64,000 bases of DNA from Bacillota bacterium (GTDB taxonomy: Bacteria > Bacillota > Clostridia > Saccharofermentanales > Saccharofermentanaceae). A program made the translations under genes and the position numbers. Every line of letters begins with the position of its first letter. Position 1 is the stretch's first letter. Below are positions 26,765 through 35,733 of this stretch, in pieces. The notes under the pieces were generated by a model. That model made no database searches. It was not told the origin of the DNA and worked only from the letters and a program-made list of their open reading frames with translations. Location of the stretch: positions 1 to 64,000 of the forward strand of contig DAIPXZ010000001.1 of the NCBI GenBank assembly GCA_036782995.1. Direction: 5' to 3'.

Positions 26765-28240
26765 TTATGCTTTCGTAACGGTAGCTGCAGATGATGTTTC
26801 CGCAATCGCTTCGCCAGCTCCCGCCAAATCAGCGGCATCGGCAACATTTTTCGCATTTACAGCAGAAGTATCCATCTTCTTTCCTAAGTAATCAGGAAGC
26901 TGCATACCTGCCATCTCAAAGATTTCATTCATCGGAGGCACGCTCTTCATAAGTCCGGATACAAAGTTCGCTGTGGAGCTTTTGCCGTCGCCATTGCTTC
27001 CTGCGCCGCTGTCCCAAACAGTAACCTTGTCGATCTTCAAGTCGCGGATTGCTTCGACCTGAATCTTCATCAAGGCCTCCATCTTATCGGCGAGCATGAG
27101 CATCATAGCATCTTTCGCATTGCCACCAGCAGCATCGACAATTTTCTCGAAACCAGCAGCTTGCTTGGTCAAAATCTCTTGCATACCACGAGCTTCTGCT
27201 TCCATCTTTGCATAGATAGCACTTGCTTCACCAACGGCTTGACGGCGAATTCTTTCACCTTCTGCTTCAGCAGCAAGCTCGATTTCACGTTTCTGAATCT
27301 CTGCCTTTACGATAACATCAGCTTCGAGTGTTGCTTTCTCACGAGCAGAACGAGAAAGCTCAGCTTCTTTTTCTGCAAGATATGCTTCTTCGAGGGCTTT
27401 AGCGGCTTGTACCTTTTCTGCAGCGATTGCGATACGCATCGACTCAGCAGCCTTCTCACGACGAAGCGCTTCGGATTGTGCAACTTCAATCTTCGCAGTG
27501 TTTTCACCTTGGATTGCGAGAGAGTTCGCAGATGCAACCTCGATACGCTGATCCTTCTGAGCAATCGCTTCACCAATAGAACCGTCGCGCTCTTTTTCAG
27601 CAACGTTCTTCTTCGCATCGTTGATTGCTTTTGCGGCAGCTTCTTTACCAAGAGCGGAGATATATCCGGATTCATCACTGATATCAGTAACGTTAACGTT
27701 AATCAAGCGAAGACCGATTTTCTTCAATTCTGTTTCCACGTTGCGGGAAACTGCTTCGAGGAACTTATCACGGTCGGTGTTGATTTCTTCGATGTCCATC
27801 GTTGCAATAACCAAACGAAGCTGACCGAAAATAATATCCTTCGCAAGGTCCTGAATGTCAACTAAATGAAGTCCGAGAAGACGCTCAGCTGCGTTTTGCA
27901 TAACGCCTTGTTCTGTCGAAATACCGACGGTAAAAATCGAAGGTACGTCAATACGAATGTTCTGACGAGAAAGAGCGCTCTTTAAGTCAACCGAGATAGA
28001 AATTGGTGTCAAATCGAGATAAGCATAAGATTGTATAATCGGCCATACAAAAGATGCACCACCATGAATACAACGAGAAGATCTTGTCGATCCATCCGTA
28101 TTTTTACCGACTTTACCATAGATGACCATGATGCGGTCAGAAGGGCACTTTCTAAAACGAGAAAGGAAAATCAGTAAGCAGGTAAATGCCAACACAGCAA
28201 CAATGATAAGAACAACGAGTACTTCAAAATCAAATGGCAT
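26765..28240 (-). CDS. flotillin-family (SPFH/band-7) protein, FloT/YuaG-like
   Basis: 491 aa. It has an N-terminal TM, an SPFH domain, then a long Ala/Glu-rich coiled-coil region (EAAAKAINDAKKNVAEKE...AEKEAELSRSAREKATLEADV...). Confidence 0.9.
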   Translation of the reverse strand: MPFDFEVLVVLIIVAVLAFTCLLIFLSRFRKCPSDRIMVIYGKVGKNTDGSTRSSRCIHGGASFVWPIIQSYAYLDLTPISISVDLKSALSRQNIRIDVPSIFTVGISTEQGVMQNAAERLLGLHLVDIQDLAKDIIFGQLRLVIATMDIEEINTDRDKFLEAVSRNVETELKKIGLRLINVNVTDISDESGYISALGKEAAAKAINDAKKNVAEKERDGSIGEAIAQKDQRIEVASANSLAIQGENTAKIEVAQSEALRREKAAESMRIAIAAEKVQAAKALEEAYLAEKEAELSRSAREKATLEADVIVKAEIQKREIELAAEAEGERIRRQAVGEASAIYAKMEAEARGMQEILTKQAAGFEKIVDAAGGNAKDAMMLMLADKMEALMKIQVEAIRDLKIDKVTVWDSGAGSNGDGKSSTANFVSGLMKSVPPMNEIFEMAGMQLPDYLGKKMDTSAVNAKNVADAADLAGAGEAIAETSSAATVTKA

Positions 28241-28256
28241 AGTATAATCCTCCTAT

Positions 28257-29252
28257 TTATTGTTTGGTTACGATCAGAGTATTACCACGTGTAATTCCAA
28301 TTACAGTGACAGATGCTCCGGTCGGAATCAACTGTTTATCATCAGTAACCGCATCAAATTCAGTTATTTGTTCTTGAACGGTTACCATGATTTTTCCAGA
28401 ACGCTCACGTGAAGCGGGAATCGGCAGATATGTTTCTCCGCTCTTTCTGAGCGCATACCGTATGTCCATCGTTCCGTCGTCCTGAAGCTTCAGCATCCCC
28501 CACATTGCCAAAGCCATTAAAAACATTGCAGCAAATCCACATATGAAAGCGAGGAAGGATGCCACAATAATGGGCAGACCCGCATGAATAAATATTAACC
28601 CTGTCCATCCGAAGATGCAAGCAAAGGCGATAATCCCCTGCATGGTAAAAAGGCGAAGCCCTGTACCATGTGTCTTGTCTGCAAGGTCGTGATAGACATT
28701 GTCTTGCGGCAGATGCGAGTCATCGATTCCAGCATCCTGTGGAAGTGAATGTGTCATATGAATCGTATCTATATAGATATCGCCAGGTAATGCGCCGGGG
28801 TGTAAAACCTCGACTGGGATATGCCCCCCGAGATCCCCATGCAGGTCCCCTTGAATATCTCCGAAATGTCCGTCAATATTCCCTGCATGAGAATCACCGA
28901 AGTATGCGTCACCCAATTGGGTATTCCCCAAATGAGCGTCTCCCATGGGAGTGTCTCCCATGTGACTTCCGAAGTCCCCCAAATGGCCATCACTAAGGTT
29001 CGTATCCCCTAAGTGAGTCCCCCCCATATGACTCCCGAAATCACCGGAATGACCCCCACCAAAATGAGCATCACCGGCGTGACCGCCTAGGTCAACATCG
29101 TGTCCGCCAAAATCCGGACCCGAATGTGCCGCACCTAAAATGAGTAGAATAGTTTCAAAAAACAGTAGCACTGCACCGACTATACCGATGCACGCATAGA
29201 TTTGTTCTACCAGCTCCATGCTTTCGAACCAATTAATGAACCATGCAAACAT
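28257..29252 (-). CDS. NfeD-like membrane protein with a ~155-aa His/Gly/Asp-rich insert
   Basis: The C-terminal OB-like segment GKIMVTVQEQITEFDAVTDDKQLIPTGASVTVIGITRGNTLIV and its position directly upstream of flotillin match NfeD/YuaF logic. The low-complexity insert spans aa 42-196. Confidence 0.7.
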   Translation of the reverse strand: MFAWFINWFESMELVEQIYACIGIVGAVLLFFETILLILGAAHSGPDFGGHDVDLGGHAGDAHFGGGHSGDFGSHMGGTHLGDTNLSDGHLGDFGSHMGDTPMGDAHLGNTQLGDAYFGDSHAGNIDGHFGDIQGDLHGDLGGHIPVEVLHPGALPGDIYIDTIHMTHSLPQDAGIDDSHLPQDNVYHDLADKTHGTGLRLFTMQGIIAFACIFGWTGLIFIHAGLPIIVASFLAFICGFAAMFLMALAMWGMLKLQDDGTMDIRYALRKSGETYLPIPASRERSGKIMVTVQEQITEFDAVTDDKQLIPTGASVTVIGITRGNTLIVTKQ

Positions 29253-29275
29253 AACTTTATCCTCCCCTTGCGAGA

Positions 29276-29797
29276 TCAGCTTAATAATAGCTTCTCAGCT
29301 TCATGCTTTAAAACAATAGATAAGTGAGCGACATAAAGAATGGTGAGAAGCTTTTCTGCCTGCACTTTGCTGGTTCTTGTGTAATCCAACGGTACAAAAT
29401 CGATGGACTCTTCTACGAACTCCGCAAGCTTTGTCTCACTTCGAATTGGATCCGATGGTGTAAGAGAAAGCAAATGGCAAAAGGCTTTGTATACGAGATC
29501 ATCTTGTCCCACATACCTCAAAAGCTCGAGGATTTGTTCCAATGCAAACACATCCTTGAAGTAATTGAGGAGGGCGAGTCGCACAAACCGACTTCGGTCA
29601 TATAGCTTCTTGACCGGAGAAGGAATGAATCCGCGTTTTACCCAATTCTGTACGGTGTGTGGTTCAACACCGATGAGCTGTGTAATCTGTCTTAACTGCA
29701 TCCCCTCTGATAAAAACATCGGCCCATAGATTAAATCAACATCAGCTAAGTGCGACTGATTGACTTCTATCGTGGTACCGGGTAATCGAAAGGTCAT
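29276..29797 (-). CDS. HTH DNA-binding protein (MerR-like/DUF1836-like)
   Basis: 173 aa. MQLRQITQLIGVEPHTVQNWVKRGFIPSPVKKLY is HTH-like. It is the first gene of the flotillin operon. Confidence 0.5.
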   Translation of the reverse strand: MTFRLPGTTIEVNQSHLADVDLIYGPMFLSEGMQLRQITQLIGVEPHTVQNWVKRGFIPSPVKKLYDRSRFVRLALLNYFKDVFALEQILELLRYVGQDDLVYKAFCHLLSLTPSDPIRSETKLAEFVEESIDFVPLDYTRTSKVQAEKLLTILYVAHLSIVLKHEAEKLLLS

Positions 29798-29997
29798 ATT
29801 GTGCGCCTCCTTTCCGTTCGATGGTTGAATTATATCAGACGGTCACTTGACTGTCAACAACGTTCGCGCGATTTTTTGGCATTGTTTTCTGTTCGGAATT
29901 GTGAATGCCTTTTCATCTATTTCCTGCCGCAAAAGAAAACAAATATGTATTAATGCATGGTAAAATGAATTCAACCTATGAATCGGAGGACACGATA

Positions 29998-30948
29998 ATG
30001 ACATGTACTTCATATTCATTTACTAGCGCTGATGGCGCTACTTCTATTCAATACTTTGTTTGGCCGCCAAAGTCTGCTGCGCGCGGTGTAATGCAAATCT
30101 CGCACGGTATGTGTGAATACATGGGACGATATGACGAGATGGCGGAATTTTTAAAACGAAAAGGTTTTGTTGTTTGCGGACTCGATCATTTGGGACATGG
30201 CGAATCGGTTGGTGAAAAGGATACATTCGGCTATTTTGGAAAGAAATATGGGCCGGATTTTCTCGTAGAGGATCAGGAAAAGCTACATCGTATTATGACT
30301 GACCTATACCCTGATGCGCCCTATATTATGTACGGACATTCGATGGGTTCATTTATCGCGCGACTTTGGTATGAAAAGTACGGTAACGATATTTCAGCCG
30401 TGATTTTCTCAGGCACAGCGACAGCTAATCCACTGGCAACGCCGCTTAAAGGCTTGGCACATCTTTCGATTCTTTTGCGTGGTGACAGAAAGCCAGCCGA
30501 CTTCATCGGGCGCACGATGTCGAAGGTATATACATCAAAGATTGAAAAGGTGCAAACCAACTCAGACTGGATTTCGCATGATTCGGACATAGTAAAGAAG
30601 TATGTGAATGATCCGTTTTGTAACTATACGTTTACGGATCGCGGGTATATTGACCTTTTCACAATGTTAGCGCGATGTAATCGCAAGAAGTGGTTTGCGA
30701 AGATTCCGAAGGATAAGCCGATGCTATTATTGTCGGGCACAGAAGATCCGGTCGGTGACTATGGCAAGGGCGTGATGATAGTAACGAAGAAGCTGCAAGA
30801 ATCAGGACAGAACCGCCTCATCATCGATCTTCGCTCGGGTATGCGTCACGAGCCACATAACGAGATAAATCGCAAGGTGATTTATCAACGACTTGAGGCT
30901 TTTCTGGTTGAAGTCGTGGAAAAGAACGGAAAAAAATCTGAAGTCTAA
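29998..30948 (+). CDS. alpha/beta hydrolase (lysophospholipase/monoacylglycerol-lipase-like)
   Basis: HGMCEY...GLDHLGHGES...MYGHSMGSFIA (GHSMG nucleophile elbow). Start at ATG 29998, behind GGAGG. Confidence 0.75.
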   Translation: MTCTSYSFTSADGATSIQYFVWPPKSAARGVMQISHGMCEYMGRYDEMAEFLKRKGFVVCGLDHLGHGESVGEKDTFGYFGKKYGPDFLVEDQEKLHRIMTDLYPDAPYIMYGHSMGSFIARLWYEKYGNDISAVIFSGTATANPLATPLKGLAHLSILLRGDRKPADFIGRTMSKVYTSKIEKVQTNSDWISHDSDIVKKYVNDPFCNYTFTDRGYIDLFTMLARCNRKKWFAKIPKDKPMLLLSGTEDPVGDYGKGVMIVTKKLQESGQNRLIIDLRSGMRHEPHNEINRKVIYQRLEAFLVEVVEKNGKKSEV

Positions 30949-30980
30949 GTATAACGAAAAGCACCGCAGCGTCGGTGCTT

Positions 30981-32531
30981 TTACAGTATCGGAGCAAACA
31001 GGCGGAGAATTTGGCGTGCGACACTCCACGTTGGGTTATAACGTAATTCTTCAGGAAGAAGCTCATCAGAGACATCAAGGATTTGCATGAAATCTTCTTT
31101 GACGGACGCAATAGAGGGCGTATCGAGAAGCCAGACACCACATTCAAAATGAAGATAGAGGCTGCGATAATCGAGGTTGACTGTACCTACTGTTGCGCAA
31201 CGATCATCAACGATGAAGGCTTTGCTGTGGATGAAGCCAGGTGTGTAGGTGTATATTTTGACCCCTGCGGTAACGAGATCACGGAAAGAGGAGCGCGAGG
31301 CCTGGTATATTATCCATTTGTCCCATTTTCCCGGTGTAACAATACGCACGTCTATCCCGCTTTTGGCGGCGAGACAAAGGGCTGAAATCATGGAGTCGTC
31401 GATAATGAGATATGGCGTACTAATGTAGATGTATTTTTGAGCGGTTGTAATCATATGCATGTAGACGTGTTCAGATACATGCTCTGAATCAATCGGGGAA
31501 TCACAATAGGGTTGCACGTAGCCTTGAGTAGCTGAAAGTGTCGGCGGAGCTTCGTTCTTCCACGGATAAAAATCATAATAGTTATCTGGCGCTTTCTGCG
31601 CGATTTGCCATATTTCAAGGAAAAAGAGTGTGAGCGACCAAGCCGCCTCACCACGAACCATAATGGCAGAATCCTTCCAGTAGCCATGCTTTTGTATGAC
31701 GTTGATATATTCGTCAGAGAGATTGATACCGCCCGTGAACGCGCATTTCCCGTCGATTGCCGTGATTTTTCGGTGGTCACGGTTGTTTTGAATGGTCGTC
31801 ACAAAGGGCGAAAACGGGTTGAAGATGATACACTTTATTCCTTTGTCCTGCATATTCTGACGAAAGTGTTTTGGCAAGGTTAAAAAACAGCCAACATCGT
31901 CATATATGATACGAACTTCGATGCCCTGCGCGGCTTTGCGTTCGAGAATATCAATAATCGCATCCCACATAACGCCATTTTCGATGATAAAGTATTCCAT
32001 GAAAATGTATTTCTCCGCTTTTTCGAGTTCCTCCAAGAGGCGCGGAAAGAAGACTTCTCCCGGAGTAAGAAATTCGGTCTCTGTATTGGAATATACGGGA
32101 AAGCCCTCCTGCATGTCGAGATAGCGCATGTTGACCGTATAGGAAGGAGCATCATGTCGTGCACGAAGATGAGCGGTTTTTACCGATGGTGGCAATCGAA
32201 AGAGAGGGCGTACCTCTGCTTCGACACGTGCCGATGCGCGCACATATGATTTTGTCGTTCGTTGGTTGTTAAAGAAGATGTACATGACACCGCCGATTGT
32301 CGGCATAAGCAAAACAAGAAAAACCCAAATGAGCTTATACCCGCCCTTGTCTTTTTTACTGACAACATAGAGCGCGACGAGCAAGCTTAAGAGACGAAAC
32401 AGCAATGAGATGATACCGGAATAGCTGCCACCAATTAAAATGAGAACCACAAGAACCCCGATTTCCAATAGAATCAGAAAGCAGAAAAATATGCGACGTA
32501 AGATAAATGAAGGAAACAAGTGATTTCTCAT
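30981..32531 (-). CDS. cls: cardiolipin synthase
   Basis: Two N-terminal TM helices and two PLD HKD motifs (HRKITAIDG and HSKAFIVDD). 516 aa. Confidence 0.9.
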   Translation of the reverse strand: MRNHLFPSFILRRIFFCFLILLEIGVLVVLILIGGSYSGIISLLFRLLSLLVALYVVSKKDKGGYKLIWVFLVLLMPTIGGVMYIFFNNQRTTKSYVRASARVEAEVRPLFRLPPSVKTAHLRARHDAPSYTVNMRYLDMQEGFPVYSNTETEFLTPGEVFFPRLLEELEKAEKYIFMEYFIIENGVMWDAIIDILERKAAQGIEVRIIYDDVGCFLTLPKHFRQNMQDKGIKCIIFNPFSPFVTTIQNNRDHRKITAIDGKCAFTGGINLSDEYINVIQKHGYWKDSAIMVRGEAAWSLTLFFLEIWQIAQKAPDNYYDFYPWKNEAPPTLSATQGYVQPYCDSPIDSEHVSEHVYMHMITTAQKYIYISTPYLIIDDSMISALCLAAKSGIDVRIVTPGKWDKWIIYQASRSSFRDLVTAGVKIYTYTPGFIHSKAFIVDDRCATVGTVNLDYRSLYLHFECGVWLLDTPSIASVKEDFMQILDVSDELLPEELRYNPTWSVARQILRLFAPIL

Positions 32532-32539
32532 TTTAAATG

Positions 32540-34159
32540 CTATTCATTATCCTCCGAATCGTCGCCTTCATCCTCAAAGGTATCACAAAGGAGCGACGGC
32601 GTGCTGAAGTAGTATCCTTGGAGATAGTCCGCACCTAAGCTGGTGCAAATCTCGGCAAGCTTGCGATTCTCGATGCCTTCCGCAACGACTTCAATCGCGG
32701 AGCTCTTCGCAAAATCGATGATGCTCTTCACGAGAGCGAGACCGCTTTCTGTTGTGACTTTACTAATCAGCGAGCGATCAATCTTGATTATATCAATTGG
32801 GAGATCCGTTACTAATCCATAGTTTGCCATGCCAGCTCCGAAACCGTCGATAACAATGGAAACACCGTGGTTACGAAGAAATTGTAGGTTTTCACGGGTT
32901 TGGTGTAAATCCGAAGCGAAGTTGCCGCGCAATTCGACCAAGACCTTCGCCGGGTCAACATTAGCTTCTTTGAGCGTCCGAATAAACTCCATGATGTTTT
33001 TTTCGTTAATGTCTTCTGCCGTCAGATTGATTGAAATCGGAAGGTCTTTGTATTGTGGTAGCTTCGAATACTCGATAAGACGCTTGGTCATGAAAATAGT
33101 AAGGTCGTGAATAACGGCAGTTTGTTCGATGACAGGAACGAATTCATCTGCCATCATACGAGTACCGTCTTTTCGTACCCATTTCGCTAACAATTCGATG
33201 CCGCCAACTTCATATGTGCCGCCGCGATGAACGGTCTGGTAAGCAGCTTGAATCGAGTTATTGCTCAATGCGTTCGGAAATTCGGATGCGATGCTGACGA
33301 TACCGCGATAGTAATCTTCCATACCAGGAGAGAAGCGGCAAATTCTTAATTCCTTCATAAAGGAATATCGCATAGCGACGTTGGAACGACTCATCAGTCT
33401 TTCCATGGTCTCCCCTTTTTCATGTGTTGCGAAGCCGCCGCGGAATGCGATGAACACCGGTACATTTTCGACATTAAGTGTCGTTTCATTTAGCTTTGAA
33501 AGTGTCACAATCAGGTCTTCGAGATTGTCTTTCTCGTTCGGATGACGTACAAGAACAGAAAATTCGAGTCCCGAATCATGGAAAATTTGCGCATGTGGAT
33601 ATGCTGTTAATGCCTTTTGTATTTCATTTGAAAAAGAAGCGATGATCTTATTATAGAATGTATATCCGAAAAATCCCTGTAGATCATTACCATCAACAAC
33701 GGACAATGTCACAAGAGAGACGGAACGGTCATCAAAGAGGATTTCTTGTTGTAATGCCTCATAATTTTTCAATCCAGTGAAACGATCAGTAGTTGCAAGA
33801 TTCATCATTTCGGCACTTCTTTTCCGGTTGTCGGTCGAGAAGGCAGATACGAGTAATGCAATAGCAATATAGATAAATACTCGAACACCCCACGCAAGAG
33901 AAAAGCTCCAAGAGGTCTGTTCGAGAACAATGGCCTCAATCGGTCCGACACCAACGCCGCAAATCAATGCAAATATGATACTGTTCGGTACAGAATACAG
34001 GCAGGACACAATCGCGATTAGAAGATACATAATATTGGCATATGCATTCGGTGTTCCGCCCGTCCGATATACGAGATAAACGACGGCCGCAGCCCCGATA
34101 TATGAAATCAGTATTGGAATGACCTTCATTAAACCATTTGTTGACTCATTCTTGCTCAT
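32540..34159 (-). CDS. membrane-anchored degenerate-GGDEF plus EAL domain protein (c-di-GMP phosphodiesterase candidate)
   Basis: N-terminal TM block. A GGDEF-like domain has SGLEF in place of GGDEF. The EAL domain has GIELLAKW, DGFG and ...EGIE motifs. Confidence 0.85.
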   Translation of the reverse strand: MSKNESTNGLMKVIPILISYIGAAAVVYLVYRTGGTPNAYANIMYLLIAIVSCLYSVPNSIIFALICGVGVGPIEAIVLEQTSWSFSLAWGVRVFIYIAIALLVSAFSTDNRKRSAEMMNLATTDRFTGLKNYEALQQEILFDDRSVSLVTLSVVDGNDLQGFFGYTFYNKIIASFSNEIQKALTAYPHAQIFHDSGLEFSVLVRHPNEKDNLEDLIVTLSKLNETTLNVENVPVFIAFRGGFATHEKGETMERLMSRSNVAMRYSFMKELRICRFSPGMEDYYRGIVSIASEFPNALSNNSIQAAYQTVHRGGTYEVGGIELLAKWVRKDGTRMMADEFVPVIEQTAVIHDLTIFMTKRLIEYSKLPQYKDLPISINLTAEDINEKNIMEFIRTLKEANVDPAKVLVELRGNFASDLHQTRENLQFLRNHGVSIVIDGFGAGMANYGLVTDLPIDIIKIDRSLISKVTTESGLALVKSIIDFAKSSAIEVVAEGIENRKLAEICTSLGADYLQGYYFSTPSLLCDTFEDEGDDSEDNE

Positions 34160-34313
34160 GTCCGCCTCTTTTCTGAATCAATTATCGATTCGTGAAATAA
34201 AGAACTGGTTTAATATGTGTAACCTTTTTGAAAAAAGAAAACTTACTTTAATGACCTCTCCATCTTATCAAAAATAATTTGTAAAGTCATCACGGTTTTG
34301 TGAACTGTCCATA

Positions 34314-34493
34314 CTATTTTTGTTTCCTTGCCATGCGAATCAAGAGAATCATTACAACAAGTAGTCCGATTGCCGCCAAACAAACACCGACGATCATGGG
34401 TAGATTTGAACCACGATCGCCGGTTATTGGTAGAAAATGTAGATTTATCATAATATCACCTGCTTTGCATTCTGTGAATAATACTATCCTCAT
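34314..34493 (-). CDS. mini-ORF (59 aa, or 45 aa from ATG 34451) that is essentially an isolated sortase sorting signal
   Basis: Not in the ORF track because it is under 60 aa. MRIVLFTECKAGDIMINLHFLPITGDRGSNLPMIVGVCLAAIGLLVVMILLIRMARKQK contains LPITG, a hydrophobic helix and a basic tail. AGGTGA lies 4-5 nt before the internal ATG. Confidence 0.3.
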   Translation of the reverse strand: MRIVLFTECKAGDIMINLHFLPITGDRGSNLPMIVGVCLAAIGLLVVMILLIRMARKQK

Positions 34494-34537
34494 TTCTATT
34501 ATGCACTGAATTGCAGGTTTGTCACAGACACAATAGC

Positions 34538-35722
34538 TTATGCGTTAATGCGTTTCTGCTTTGTGATAACCAGAGATAATGTGAAGAGGACTACAGCGAA
34601 TCCAAGCTGAATGCCGATGCATAGGATAATTTTTGATAGAGCATCACCGGAGAGGCTCGTAGCTTCTTTTACTAGGTTAATGGCACGTACATACCAATAC
34701 ACAGGCATGAAACTCGCTATGGTTTTGACCGAAGTTGCTAAGTATGTCTGATCAACGAAAACACCACTTATAAAGCAGAGGCCGAGGGAAGCAGCGTTTG
34801 ACACAAAGGTCATAAGGTTCTCATTACGAATTAATGCACTGATAAGCAAACCGAGTGAGAGGCAAACAATATAGAATACCAATGCATTGATGATCAACAT
34901 CCAAATACGAGGATTACTCATGTCGTCAAACATTGAGCTGGCACATATCGCGATTAATCCGAGGAAGATAAGGCCCAAGAAGGTCAGGCTGCCGACGAAA
35001 ATAAGGAAAGTCATCTTCGCGTTCTTGATGGGAGCGCAACGGATACGAGCTGCAGTCATTTGCGAGCGGAAAGCTTTGAAGATGGTATAGGTTCCGAGGA
35101 TGCAAATGCCGAGTGCAGCATAGGCAAAGAACGTAAAATGTCGAGATGCGTTTTCAAACGAAACACTTACATCAGATCCCTTCCAACTCGTTTCTACCGA
35201 TGATGAGATATCATTCTTTACATTTTCGGCGATGGCGCGGATTTGTTCATCACTTTGTACGCCATCTTCGCCCGTCGTTCCAATATAGATTCGGCTGATT
35301 TCGAAATACTTGTTGAGCTGCATTTCGATTTGCTGTTCGATGGAAGCCTGTTTGCTGCAGACACGTTTGATGGTTAATTCATGAGTATTACTTACAAAGT
35401 CGTCACCGAAGCCTTCCGGAATCACCAAAAGTAGATACTGTTCCCCCGAGCTTACAGCGTCCTCGGCAATTTCTTCGTCAGCATAATCCGTATTCACATT
35501 ATGAATCGTTTTCAAGTAGTCCAGAAAAGAGTCAGAGAATGCGTTACCCTCATCTTGATTGATGACTATAATGTCTTGTCTAATACTCATGAACTCTTTC
35601 GTCATGGTTTGTGATTCCTTTTGCGCCATAGAAAAGAAGAAAAACATAAACACTCCGATATATATGGCAAGAACCGGCCAATTACGAGCAATGACTTTGC
35701 AGACGTTTTTTATGATATGCAT
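34538..35722 (-). CDS. ABC-2-type transporter permease
   Basis: 394 aa. One N-terminal TM, a ~150-aa extracytoplasmic domain and 5 C-terminal TM helices, which is the typical ABC-2 (YhaP/NatB-like) topology. Confidence 0.75.
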   Translation of the reverse strand: MHIIKNVCKVIARNWPVLAIYIGVFMFFFFSMAQKESQTMTKEFMSIRQDIIVINQDEGNAFSDSFLDYLKTIHNVNTDYADEEIAEDAVSSGEQYLLLVIPEGFGDDFVSNTHELTIKRVCSKQASIEQQIEMQLNKYFEISRIYIGTTGEDGVQSDEQIRAIAENVKNDISSSVETSWKGSDVSVSFENASRHFTFFAYAALGICILGTYTIFKAFRSQMTAARIRCAPIKNAKMTFLIFVGSLTFLGLIFLGLIAICASSMFDDMSNPRIWMLIINALVFYIVCLSLGLLISALIRNENLMTFVSNAASLGLCFISGVFVDQTYLATSVKTIASFMPVYWYVRAINLVKEATSLSGDALSKIILCIGIQLGFAVVLFTLSLVITKQKRINA

Positions 35723-35733
35723 AATTATCCTCC

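Noticed and set aside
26551-26856. 101-aa minus-strand ORF overlapping the flotillin 3' end and the terminator
   Set aside because: It runs through the flotillin terminator hairpin and overlaps the flotillin coding frame, with no independent support.
28670-29012. Repetitive DNA with multiple overlapping ORFs on both strands, considered as a tandem repeat or CRISPR-like array
   Set aside because: The repetition is codon-level (GGx/GAy/CAy for Gly/Asp/His) within the NfeD-like coding frame. There are no constant-length direct repeats with unique spacers.
34300-34509. 69-aa plus-strand ORF in the gap downstream of the ABC-2 operon
   Set aside because: It is antisense to the sorting-signal mini-ORF. 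The minus-strand reading gives a textbook LPxTG/TM/basic-tail pattern, which is very unlikely by chance.
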